Source: a virus
DNA: 64,000 bases
Strand: one strand, 5' to 3'
Virus record (IMG/VR): IMGVR_UViG_3300028833_000010
Positions 46,203 to 53,909 of this stretch are shown here, one piece after another. A model generated the notes under the pieces. The model was not told the origin of the DNA. It did not search any database and was given only the letters and a program-made list of their open reading frames with translations. A program made the position numbers and the translations under genes. Within the stretch, counting starts at the first letter, position 1. Each line of letters begins with the position of its first letter.

Positions 46203-47090
46203 ATGGCAACAAAAAACATCAAGACCGCAAAGGTGGAAGACAGCAAGAACGTAAACAATGCAGTTGATAACTTCAACGCTCCTGTGATGGACGAGCGTAT
46301 CTTGAAGTTGAACGAATTGAAAGCTGTGAAGATGGCTAACCTATCAAGGGGCAAGAGACCTGCAGCAAAGGAAGCAAAAGAACTTGCTACCTATATTCTC
46401 AACAACTGGGATAATTTTGAAGGGTTGAAGATTATCAAGAGCGAGGATGTGACAAATGAAGACCTTCAGAACATTCTGGCCAGTCGTTTGAAGGATTTTG
46501 AAGACGCAAGCAAAGAAGCAGAAAAAGCTGAGAAAGCTCCGATGGAGAAAAGCGAGAAGAAGGAAACAAAGAAAGATGCACCTGCTAAGGCACTGAAGGC
46601 TGATAGCAAGAAAGAAGATAAACCAGCTAAAACTGCCCGCAAAGTGGGAGATGTTCACCCTAATCACCCAACTTGGGTTTGGACGGAGTATGCTGAAGGA
46701 AAATTCGATTGGAGAACTAATCCATCTGATAAGAAGCAAGGTCAGAGAACGGACAAGGCAGCGACTTCTGAAAAGAAGCCTGGGGTGAAGAAAGAAGATA
46801 AGAAAGCGTCAAACAAAAAGGTAGCCAAGGGCGACAAGGCTGAAACCAAGAAGGAATTGACAATTGACGAGTTCGTTGCCCTACCAGTCAAGATTGCGAG
46901 AGGCAACAAGAAACCGAGCAAGGCTCAAAAGGAAGCATTTAAGCTCATTATGAAAGGCTATCGGATAACGGCTGATAAGAAGTTATTTGAAAACGCAGAA
47001 GGTGATAGAAAGGCATGCAATTGGGCATCTGTCGAAGCTATGCTAAAGAGATACGGAATGGAGTATGTGCCTGCAGGATTGGTAAAGTGA
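46203..47090 (+). CDS. Lys/Ala-rich (histone-H1-like composition) protein with the GDVHPN..W.W..DWRT motif
   Basis: 295 aa with KKETKKDAPAKALKADSKKEDKPAKTARK tracts. It shares a motif with the protein at 49987..50706. Confidence 0.5.
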   Translation: MATKNIKTAKVEDSKNVNNAVDNFNAPVMDERILKLNELKAVKMANLSRGKRPAAKEAKELATYILNNWDNFEGLKIIKSEDVTNEDLQNILASRLKDFEDASKEAEKAEKAPMEKSEKKETKKDAPAKALKADSKKEDKPAKTARKVGDVHPNHPTWVWTEYAEGKFDWRTNPSDKKQGQRTDKAATSEKKPGVKKEDKKASNKKVAKGDKAETKKELTIDEFVALPVKIARGNKKPSKAQKEAFKLIMKGYRITADKKLFENAEGDRKACNWASVEAMLKRYGMEYVPAGLVK

Positions 47091-47323
47091 GAAAAGTAAC
47101 ATTAAAGGAAGCAGTTGAGGAGCTTGGTTTGGGATGCGTTCTGATAAAAGCTCCTGCTGCTAAAAACTGCTACTACATTGATAGCAAAATAAATATAAAC
47201 GGAGTTTGGACGGATTGTGGAGCAAAAGAGTTCGCAAGGATGGTAGTTACAGCACCCATACAGCGTTCAAGATTGACGAAACCTTTTTTATTGTATAGAA
47301 ATGACCGAAGTAAAAGAAAATAG
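47087..47323 (+). CDS. Hypothetical small protein
   Basis: GTG 47087 overlaps the upstream TGA (GTGA). The track's start at 47015 would overlap the upstream gene by 76 nt. Confidence 0.3.
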   Translation: MRKVTLKEAVEELGLGCVLIKAPAAKNCYYIDSKININGVWTDCGAKEFARMVVTAPIQRSRLTKPFLLYRNDRSKRK

Positions 47324-47807
47324 CTTGATTGCGGAACTTCGTAACATTGCCCAGTTCCTTGGAAAAGGAAAGCAGGCTGAGTTCTATCGTCAGATGTTGA
47401 AAGACGCAAATCCTATCAAAGTTGTACGATTATCAGAGGTATTCACAGAAACCCAGATAGCAGCAATAAAGAGGTGCGTCGAGCCTAAAGCAAAAGAATG
47501 TTTTCGCAACGCAACTCTATTTGCTCAAAACTTCCCAGACGTCAAATATGTGGAAGGAAGAATGACAATTTGCGGAGCGTTGGGAATAGAACATGCTTGG
47601 AATAAGATAGGTGATAAGTACGTTGATATTACCATGGAGCTTGTTTTGGAACGAGACCCAACGAAAGAAGAATACATAACATTGGGAGAGTATGACCGAG
47701 AAACAGTTTGTAATATCTGCATTGAGTCAGGTTTGTATGGCAATATCTATCCCACATTGTACGGGCAAAAGATTAAAGGGAAATGCAGGAGGAATAAGCA
47801 AGTGTGA
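47301..47807 (+). CDS. Transglutaminase-like / papain-fold cysteine peptidase candidate
   Basis: The ordered Cys...His...Asp pattern (ECFRNATLFAQ ... GIEHAWNKIGDKYVDIT) resembles the transglutaminase-core C / HAW / D arrangement. Confidence 0.4.
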   Translation: MTEVKENSLIAELRNIAQFLGKGKQAEFYRQMLKDANPIKVVRLSEVFTETQIAAIKRCVEPKAKECFRNATLFAQNFPDVKYVEGRMTICGALGIEHAWNKIGDKYVDITMELVLERDPTKEEYITLGEYDRETVCNICIESGLYGNIYPTLYGQKIKGKCRRNKQV

Positions 47808-47868
47808 TTTTGCTTTCCAAAGTTAATGGTAACAAGAGCAATATTTATTAATCGTTAAATTTAACAAC

Positions 47869-48144
47869 ATGGCAAAGATTTATAAAGCAAATGGTGAAGT
47901 GTTAGACATAGAGCCAGAGAACGGAACAGACTTCCAGCTGGAAGAATTACAAGAAATCGTAGGTGGTTTAATAGACTGCAAAATGACAAACGATGGTAAT
48001 GATTTGATTATATTCAATGACGAAGGTAAGTTGCTTGGACTGCCTTATAACGACAAGGCAACGGATATTTACCAAGAGAGAGTTTATGAAGGAGACTTCT
48101 TGGTTGGAGATGTTTTAATTTGTAAAAATAGCGAAATGTTATAA
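47869..48144 (+). CDS. DUF3846-like small protein
   Basis: EPENGTDFQLEELQEIVGGLIDC...IIFNDEGKLLGLPYNDKAT matches my recollection of the DUF3846 pattern, which is common in plasmid/phage leading regions. Confidence 0.45.
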   Translation: MAKIYKANGEVLDIEPENGTDFQLEELQEIVGGLIDCKMTNDGNDLIIFNDEGKLLGLPYNDKATDIYQERVYEGDFLVGDVLICKNSEML

Positions 48145-48146
48145 TT

Positions 48147-48635
48147 ATGGGAAAGTTATATGACCGATTAAAGAAGCAATTAAAATCTAAGGAGTGCAAG
48201 AAAGATGCCGAAGATTGTATCAAGATATATGAAATACTCAAAGAAATGAATAATGGTAACGTTTGGTATTCAGACTGGCATATGTTAGTGACTGTTAAGT
48301 TTGTAGGCACATATCCTAATTCAAAGCCGATATATAAACCAAGCAAAGAAGGTTATATTTTTCTGAAAGGTATTGAGGAAGAAGAGAAGGAGTGTGAAGC
48401 AGGAGTTCGGTACATATCAGTACAAACGGCTATTATGAGTCATCTATCGGATGCACAAGAATTAATGTCTATGGCGGTAGAATTTGGCACTGTTTCATCA
48501 GGTTATGTTAGCGTCAAGAAAAGAAGCGCAGACACACATATCAACTTTGCAAAGCAATTAGTATTAACTTATCCAGACACTTCTGTCAAGGTATCAGAAA
48601 ACGAATTAAATGAGCTTTGGAATAAGACAATGTGA
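48147..48635 (+). CDS. Hypothetical protein
   Basis: 162-aa ORF. Confidence 0.4.
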   Translation: MGKLYDRLKKQLKSKECKKDAEDCIKIYEILKEMNNGNVWYSDWHMLVTVKFVGTYPNSKPIYKPSKEGYIFLKGIEEEEKECEAGVRYISVQTAIMSHLSDAQELMSMAVEFGTVSSGYVSVKKRSADTHINFAKQLVLTYPDTSVKVSENELNELWNKTM

Positions 48636-48817
48636 GCAAGGTTACAATTTCCAGTAGTTATAACAAAAGAAAAAAAATTGAAATGAGCAAAAAATTATCA
48701 AAAGCAATCTCTGAGCTTGAGCAGATAGCAAAGGAGTTGGGCATCAAAGTAAACAACTATAAAGTTATTGAGGAGTATCGAAAAAGACACCCTGAAGAGT
48801 TCAAAAGAAAAGGATGA
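48632..48817 (+). CDS. Hypothetical small protein
   Basis: GTG start overlapping the upstream stop. An alternative start is ATG 48683. Confidence 0.3.
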   Translation: MSKVTISSSYNKRKKIEMSKKLSKAISELEQIAKELGIKVNNYKVIEEYRKRHPEEFKRKG

Positions 48818-49041
48818 TGACAATGAACAAGAAATACAATATAGCAAGACTTATTAACATACTGGTATGCATGGGCATAATAGTAGCTATAATGCTTTGT
48901 ACTTACAACGCTTGGAGTTTGAATGGCGAATATACATTATTCAGTTTCTTTGCTTCTTTGGTAATGCACGGAGTATTGGGAATAATGATATATTGCGTAG
49001 TTGATTATATACTCTGTAGATTGTTTCATCAAATTAAGTGA
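48814..49041 (+). CDS. Small two-pass membrane protein
   Basis: Two hydrophobic segments: LINILVCMGIIVAIMLC and FFASLVMHGVLGIMIYCVV. Confidence 0.4.
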   Translation: MMTMNKKYNIARLINILVCMGIIVAIMLCTYNAWSLNGEYTLFSFFASLVMHGVLGIMIYCVVDYILCRLFHQIK

Positions 49042-49043
49042 AG

Positions 49044-49256
49044 ATGAGAAAATTTATTTGGTTTTGGGAAGTTCCTAATTCAGCCGACAATCCACTCCAA
49101 ACTAACTTTGTAGATAACGAAGGCAAAGTGAAAGAAGAAGGATTGGTGAGGATATTCGGAACACCTACCCAGAAGTTTACGAGAAAACAAAGAATGATGT
49201 TAAACAATATTAAAGAACGAGCAGAAGATGTCAAATTTGAAGAGATTCAAGATTAA
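49044..49256 (+). CDS. Hypothetical small protein
   Basis: ATG 49044; a GTG at 49038 is also possible. Confidence 0.3.
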   Translation: MRKFIWFWEVPNSADNPLQTNFVDNEGKVKEEGLVRIFGTPTQKFTRKQRMMLNNIKERAEDVKFEEIQD

Positions 49257-49413
49257 GTTCTTTGGTAGCAAAAAACGTAAAGAACAAATCAAACAAGTTA
49301 AAAATTTTATCGTTGATGCTCCAAAGCGAGAAGATGTTGAGGATGTACTTCGTCATCAATATGGTTACGAGGTAATCAATGGATTGAAAATTCACGATTA
49401 TGAAGAAGAATGA
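49228..49413 (+). CDS. Hypothetical small protein
   Basis: 61-aa ORF. Confidence 0.3.
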   Translation: MSNLKRFKIKFFGSKKRKEQIKQVKNFIVDAPKREDVEDVLRHQYGYEVINGLKIHDYEEE

Positions 49414-49853
49414 AAAACATTAATTCTAAACTTGTGGCGAAAGCAACTTGTTTATGCGGTTGTCTGACTATGATAGCGTTTTTAGCAATAGTTATCTTCA
49501 CCAGTTGTAACGGAGCTTTTGAACGCAAAGACCCAAGGGCAGTAACATATCGGGAGAAGGTGAATGATACATATACTTCGGAGATATGGAGAAACGTCAC
49601 CTATGAGCTTGTAAATGTGACTTATGATACTGTATCGAAGGTTGAGCGAGAACGAAGTACACTGGAGCCTGAAATTTTAGCTCCAAGGGTTCAGATTGTA
49701 CCGAAAGACAGAGTTGATTTAAATGATTATCTTGGTAGTCCAGACGATGATACTGATTGGAATTACACAGAGATAGACGATGAGGCGGCAAAGTATCTTG
49801 ATAGTTTAGGAATTTATTGGGATGGCAACAAAGGATATTGGCGAAAGCATTAA
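49410..49853 (+). CDS. Putative lipoprotein / membrane-anchored protein
   Basis: N-terminal hydrophobic segment ending FTSC, which resembles a lipobox. Confidence 0.4.
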   Translation: MKNINSKLVAKATCLCGCLTMIAFLAIVIFTSCNGAFERKDPRAVTYREKVNDTYTSEIWRNVTYELVNVTYDTVSKVERERSTLEPEILAPRVQIVPKDRVDLNDYLGSPDDDTDWNYTEIDDEAAKYLDSLGIYWDGNKGYWRKH

Positions 49854-49873
49854 TCTTTGGTCATTTTAGTTAA

Positions 49874-49910
49874 GGGAGGAAGTTTACCAAACTTTCTTCC
49901 CTTTTTATTT
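49874..49910 (+). terminator. Intrinsic terminator
   Basis: GGGAGGAAGTTT pairs with AAACTTTCTTCCC (imperfectly) and is followed by TTTTTATTTT. Confidence 0.65.
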
Positions 49911-49941
49911 TGCCGTTTGCTAAATATTTTATAACTTCGTA
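49908..49941 (+). promoter_or_regulatory. Class-1 promoter copy P2
   Basis: TTTTGCCG (49908-49915), a 19-nt gap after TTTG, then TAACTTCGTA (49932-49941). Confidence 0.6.
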
Positions 49942-49986
49942 GTGTAATTCAGTTATAATAGTTTTAACAATTAAATTCTAATCATT

Positions 49987-50706
49987 ATGTATAACGGAGA
50001 AGATATAAAAATGCAAAGAGAAGCTATTGCAAACCAAATTGTAAAAGGTTTCTCAAATTCTGATGATTTGTTAGAGAAAGCCCATAACCACGGAGACATT
50101 CACCCAAACGGCAAATGGTATTGGGAAAGTTCTGCAAATGGAGGTAAAGGAGATTGGAGGACAATTAAGGGAGCTGGTAAAGCAACTAACTCAAAGCAGA
50201 AATCGGAGAAGAAAGAAGATGATGCTGACAATAAGCGCAAGGAAGCAAAGAAACCTGCTGAGTTTGTTCCTAAGCAGACTTTCAAGAATGCTAAAGACAT
50301 GGCAAATAAAATAGATATGTATCTTGAGAAGAATGTTGATATTCAGCCGTTCGTAGATATTCTTGGCAAGACTGTGTATGATAAAGGCGCAGGAACTAAA
50401 TACAGATGCATCAATGCTGGTAGCGGTCATTATGGAGAATGGGATTGCAGTACATTATCGTACCTTCAAAAGGATGGCAGCGGAGATTATCTTGAGTTCA
50501 AGGATAAGCCGAGTCAGGAGAAACTTGACAAGTGTTCTAAGTTACTGAAGGATAAACTTGCTAAGGAAGGTTATGATGTCAATCCTAAGTTTATTGTACT
50601 TGACCACAATTCTTATTATCAGCACGTTGAAACATTTGGCGTAGGCATTTCTATCAAAATTACCAAGAAAGAGGTACAATCATCTTCCAAAAAAAAAAGT
50701 AGATGA
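49987..50706 (+). CDS. Lys-rich protein with the GDIHPN..W.W..DWRT motif (paralog of the motif in 46203..47090)
   Basis: HGDIHPNGKWYWESSANGGKGDWRT is followed by a K/E-rich tract. Confidence 0.5.
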   Translation: MYNGEDIKMQREAIANQIVKGFSNSDDLLEKAHNHGDIHPNGKWYWESSANGGKGDWRTIKGAGKATNSKQKSEKKEDDADNKRKEAKKPAEFVPKQTFKNAKDMANKIDMYLEKNVDIQPFVDILGKTVYDKGAGTKYRCINAGSGHYGEWDCSTLSYLQKDGSGDYLEFKDKPSQEKLDKCSKLLKDKLAKEGYDVNPKFIVLDHNSYYQHVETFGVGISIKITKKEVQSSSKKKSR

Positions 50707-50719
50707 ATCTCAACTGAAA

Positions 50720-51286
50720 GTGGGAGCGAATGGAAAAGAAGATGATAATACAGCTATCACTGCTAAACAAGCATTTGCTGATATTCAGTCTCTCAATCCT
50801 TCTGCTTCCATAATCAGTTCAATCGGTACGTTTGTAAGCAGTCAAAACCAGCAGATTGCGGATGATAAGGCAAAAGAAATCATGGGTTATTTACCAAAGG
50901 ATTCACTTGCTTACAAAATCGTATCTTCGGCAAGCAAGTTTTCAGACAAACAACTTTGGGTTATAGCTTACGAATTGGTGAAGAATAAAGACTACCAAAA
51001 GTATTTGGCTGAAAAGATAGAAGAAAGAGAAAGACAAGCCGCATATCAGAAGGCAAGAAAATCTGCTAAAATGAAAGCTAAATCTGAGAAAATTAAACAA
51101 GCTAAGGCAGCTGCAGATGAAGCTATGAAGAAGTACGACAATATTGATGATGGAGATAAGGTTGAGCACCCAATTTTTGGAGAAGGCAAAGTAATGTCAC
51201 AAACAGATGACAAAATAACAGTGCTTTTCAAGAAAGTTGGAGAGAAGGTATTGTTAAAGAAATATACATCATTGAATAAGTTATGA
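50720..51286 (+). CDS. Protein with a C-terminal UvrD/PcrA-C-terminal-like (Tudor-like, DUF3553-type) domain
   Basis: GDKVEHPIFGEGKVMSQTDDKITVLFKKVGEKVLLKKY resembles the conserved C-terminal motif of PcrA/UvrD. The start is a GTG. Confidence 0.4.
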   Translation: MGANGKEDDNTAITAKQAFADIQSLNPSASIISSIGTFVSSQNQQIADDKAKEIMGYLPKDSLAYKIVSSASKFSDKQLWVIAYELVKNKDYQKYLAEKIEERERQAAYQKARKSAKMKAKSEKIKQAKAAADEAMKKYDNIDDGDKVEHPIFGEGKVMSQTDDKITVLFKKVGEKVLLKKYTSLNKL

Positions 51287-51318
51287 AATAACAATAAATT
51301 CTAACACATAGCAAGGTT

Positions 51319-51380
51319 GCTAGTGAACTCCAACCTTCGGGGTGATAAAAGATTCGGAGGAGAAATTGGAGGTCATTAGC
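51319..51380 (+). ncRNA. Candidate structured RNA element: 15-bp outer stem enclosing a cUUCGg hairpin
   Basis: GCTAGTGAACTCCAA (51319-51333) pairs with TTGGAGGTCATTAGC (51366-51380): 13 Watson-Crick pairs, 1 G-U and 1 mismatch. The inner hairpin is CCTTCGGG. It could equally be a terminator. Confidence 0.3.
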
Positions 51381-51424
51381 AATCATTATTTTATTGTCTA
51401 ATGAAACCAATAACATTTTGCTAT

Positions 51425-51446
51425 AAGGGGGGTTAAAGGGGGGTTA
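51425..51446 (+). repeat. Perfect tandem repeat AAGGGGGGTTA x2
   Basis: Read directly from the sequence. It resembles AAGGGGGATTGAGGGGGTAAC at 17605-17625. Confidence 0.85.
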
Positions 51447-51453
51447 TTCTGCA

Positions 51454-51471
51454 TACGTATGTACATACGTA
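51454..51471. repeat. Perfect 18-bp palindrome TACGTATGTACATACGTA
   Basis: Read directly from the sequence; it is its own reverse complement. Confidence 0.9.
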
Positions 51472-51607
51472 AAAGCAAATTTCTTTACTTCTCAGAAAAT
51501 AAGATATAACAAATAATTGAGAACTTTCTTTGCTACTTTCTTTGGTTCATAAGGGGCATGCCATCAAAGTTATCCTATCCAGTAACATTAAAAGAACAAG
51601 GATTGTT

Positions 51608-51976
51608 ATGAAACTAAACATTTGGAAGGAAGGTCAAGATGATATTCAAGAAATGTTACACGAATATCCAAACCTTCAAAAATACTACGATATGGTAGCA
51701 AATGAGCTTGGTTGTAAGGTTGAAGAAATAACTTGTCTTGCCGTTCACCCTGATAATGAGAGTATTGATGAGGAAGGTTGGCAAGTGAAATCATTCTTTC
51801 CAAGAGGAGTTGGACTTCAAATTGAAACTATTGATAACGATTATCATACCAGTGATTTTACTGTTGGTAAGGTCATTCGTGTTAAACTGAATGGAATTAT
51901 ATTCGTAGCTGACGCAAATGATTCTCCTTGGTCTGTATATGCTAATTCAAATAATGTAAAGATATGGTCAAAGTAA
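51608..51976 (+). CDS. Hypothetical protein
   Basis: I placed the start at ATG 51608. The track's TTG start at 51530 would lie within the intergenic repeat region. Confidence 0.4.
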   Translation: MKLNIWKEGQDDIQEMLHEYPNLQKYYDMVANELGCKVEEITCLAVHPDNESIDEEGWQVKSFFPRGVGLQIETIDNDYHTSDFTVGKVIRVKLNGIIFVADANDSPWSVYANSNNVKIWSK

Positions 51977-52389
51977 TAGTTAGTCAAATTCCAGAAGAAA
52001 GCGGCAAGCCTAAGATTCAAAAGAAAATGAAAACCACGACAAAGAAGGCAAAGGACTTCGATGATGAGGAAGATGATAGCTTGGACGATACAGACGAAGA
52101 GGAGGATGAGCCAAAGCGTTTGAAGAAAACAATGATTAATTTCTCAGAAGAGGGAATTGTTATTTCAGCCTACGATTTGAATTGCATTGAAAAGGATATG
52201 AGATTTGTTGAGAAGCCGAATGCTCACTGGGAGTTCGGTATCACGATAAACAAAGGACTCAATCCAGGACAGTTTATTAATAAAACAGACTTATCTATGT
52301 GGTATATCAAGGAAGAAGTCAGAGACCAAAAATGGAACAGGCTGATGGAACTCCTGAAATTAGAAGGTCTCAACGTTATTGAGGTATAA
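51964..52389 (+). CDS. Hypothetical protein with an acidic tract
   Basis: 141-aa ORF overlapping the upstream gene by 13 nt. Confidence 0.4.
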   Translation: MVKVIVSQIPEESGKPKIQKKMKTTTKKAKDFDDEEDDSLDDTDEEEDEPKRLKKTMINFSEEGIVISAYDLNCIEKDMRFVEKPNAHWEFGITINKGLNPGQFINKTDLSMWYIKEEVRDQKWNRLMELLKLEGLNVIEV

Positions 52390-52439
52390 TAAACAGTTAT
52401 AGTACTGTTACATTTGTTAAATTTAATTGTAAAAAGAAA

Positions 52440-52742
52440 ATGAAAAAGTATGAATTGGTAGCCGCAGTGGCTAAGGAAACTGGTATGACCCAGACAGACG
52501 TGAACAAAGTAATTGACGCAATGTGTCCTGTAATCGTAAAGGCTTGCGTTGAGGATGGTGATGAAGTGAACCTGCCGGCTCTTGGTAAGTTTAAACAGAA
52601 GGTCAACCCTGCTCGAAAGGGTATCAATCCGTTGACTAAGAAACCGATGGATGTGCCTGAAAGCCATACGTTGAAGTTCACACCAACTGCTACTATCAAG
52701 AAGGTGGTAGATACCAAACCAGCAAAGAAAGCTAAAAAGTAA
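52440..52742 (+). CDS. HU/IHF-family DNA-binding protein
   Basis: MKKYELVAAVAKETGMTQTDVNKVIDAM...LPALGKFKQKVNPARKGINPLTKKPMDVPESHTLKFTP is the classic HU fold pattern, including the beta-arm RxGxNP. Confidence 0.8.
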   Translation: MKKYELVAAVAKETGMTQTDVNKVIDAMCPVIVKACVEDGDEVNLPALGKFKQKVNPARKGINPLTKKPMDVPESHTLKFTPTATIKKVVDTKPAKKAKK

Positions 52743-52765
52743 TCAAGACATTTTCTAATTTTGAG

Positions 52766-52812
52766 ACGGAGATTAGCGAATCATGTTTGCTTTTCTCCGT
52801 TTCTTTTATTTT
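52766..52812 (+). terminator. Intrinsic terminator
   Basis: ACGGAGA (52766-52772) pairs with TCTCCGT (52794-52800) and is followed by TTCTTTTATTTT. Confidence 0.6.
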
Positions 52813-52852
52813 ACCAAAGTTTATAATTACAATTTAACAAAAGTAGAATATA

Positions 52853-53188
52853 ATGAAAGCAATAACAACGAAAGAAAAGTTGCCAAAATTTCTTGTAGTG
52901 AACGGAGAGCCTGAAAGCAAACCTTGGAATAAACATCTTTTGAAGCCTTTCAAGAAAGGTGAGATTGTAAAGGTAGCTCCATTTGAGGAACAAGTAAGAA
53001 ATGACAAACATGATTACTTGTTTCAGTATTACAAAACTAACAACGACCCAGAGTTTTTCCGCAAAAGATATGTAGTTGTTTATCGAAAAGATGATGAAGG
53101 CAAGTGGACGCTCAAATACACTGAAGTGTGGAATTCATTTGATTTATTAACAATAAAAAAGAAGGAGTGTGACAAGGTTAATAACTAA
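52853..53188 (+). CDS. Hypothetical protein
   Basis: 111-aa ORF. Confidence 0.4.
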   Translation: MKAITTKEKLPKFLVVNGEPESKPWNKHLLKPFKKGEIVKVAPFEEQVRNDKHDYLFQYYKTNNDPEFFRKRYVVVYRKDDEGKWTLKYTEVWNSFDLLTIKKKECDKVNN

Positions 53189-53218
53189 GTCACATGGTTT
53201 CAACATTAATAACAATAT

Positions 53219-53881
53219 ATGATAAAGAGTAATTACATAGTGTTTGATTGCGAGACAGGTGGGTTGTGTGAGGACAAAAATCCAATAACTCAATATGCTG
53301 CTGTAGTTCTTGACGGCTCTACTTTGAAGGAGATTGACCGTTGGGAAACATTCGTCAAGCCTTATGCTGATTTAGTTATCGAACAAGATGCTTTGGATAG
53401 AACTATGGTGAGTATGTCTGATATAAACAAAGGCATGAGCGTTAAAGAGTTTATATCAACTGCTACTGAATTCTGGGAAACTCATAGAGTGAAATCCAAG
53501 AAAAAGGAAATGGGAAGACTTGTACCAGTAGGTCATAATGTTCCTTTTGATATTCGTTTTTTGAATTACGCTCTTTCTCTTCAGAAGAAGGACAATGTTG
53601 AGTTTTGGATGTATCCGAATATCATTGACACCTTTCCACTTGCTAAATTAGCTTGGGGAATTAATGGAGAAGAGAAACTCAACTTGGGAGCTTCTTGCGA
53701 GAGGGCAAAGATACGACTTACAGACGCTCATGGTGCTATGAACGATGTAGAAGCGACAGCCGACCTTTTACGATGGTATATGCGTAAACTTCGAGCAAAG
53801 AGAGGTGATGGTGTAGAGGAAGTTGCGAAAGGCAGGGCAAAGGGAAGTGAGTTTTTTGAATTTAAGTGTGGTGCAAAATAG
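53219..53881 (+). CDS. DnaQ-like DEDDh 3'-5' exonuclease
   Basis: Exo I IVFDCETGGL, Exo II VGHNVPFDIRFL, Exo III HGAMNDVEATADLL. Confidence 0.75.
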   Translation: MIKSNYIVFDCETGGLCEDKNPITQYAAVVLDGSTLKEIDRWETFVKPYADLVIEQDALDRTMVSMSDINKGMSVKEFISTATEFWETHRVKSKKKEMGRLVPVGHNVPFDIRFLNYALSLQKKDNVEFWMYPNIIDTFPLAKLAWGINGEEKLNLGASCERAKIRLTDAHGAMNDVEATADLLRWYMRKLRAKRGDGVEEVAKGRAKGSEFFEFKCGAK

Positions 53882-53909
53882 ATTGTTTAACAATAAAATC
53901 GAAAATCGT

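Noticed and set aside
48814-49853. A lysis cassette (holin/spanin) formed by the small membrane protein at 48814, the lipoprotein-like ORF at 49410 and the membrane protein at 60919.
   Set aside because: No endolysin-like ORF is adjacent; the only muralytic domain seen is the tail-associated M23 peptidase at 4630. The genes sit in an early-type accessory region, so membrane or exclusion functions are equally likely. I left them as generic membrane proteins.
51301-51420. A tRNA or tmRNA-like gene in the intergenic region; also checked 17237-17663 and 45733-46202.
   Set aside because: No cloverleaf could be drawn. There is no GTTCRANYC T-loop box or conserved D-loop elements. The 51319-51380 element is a single long hairpin.
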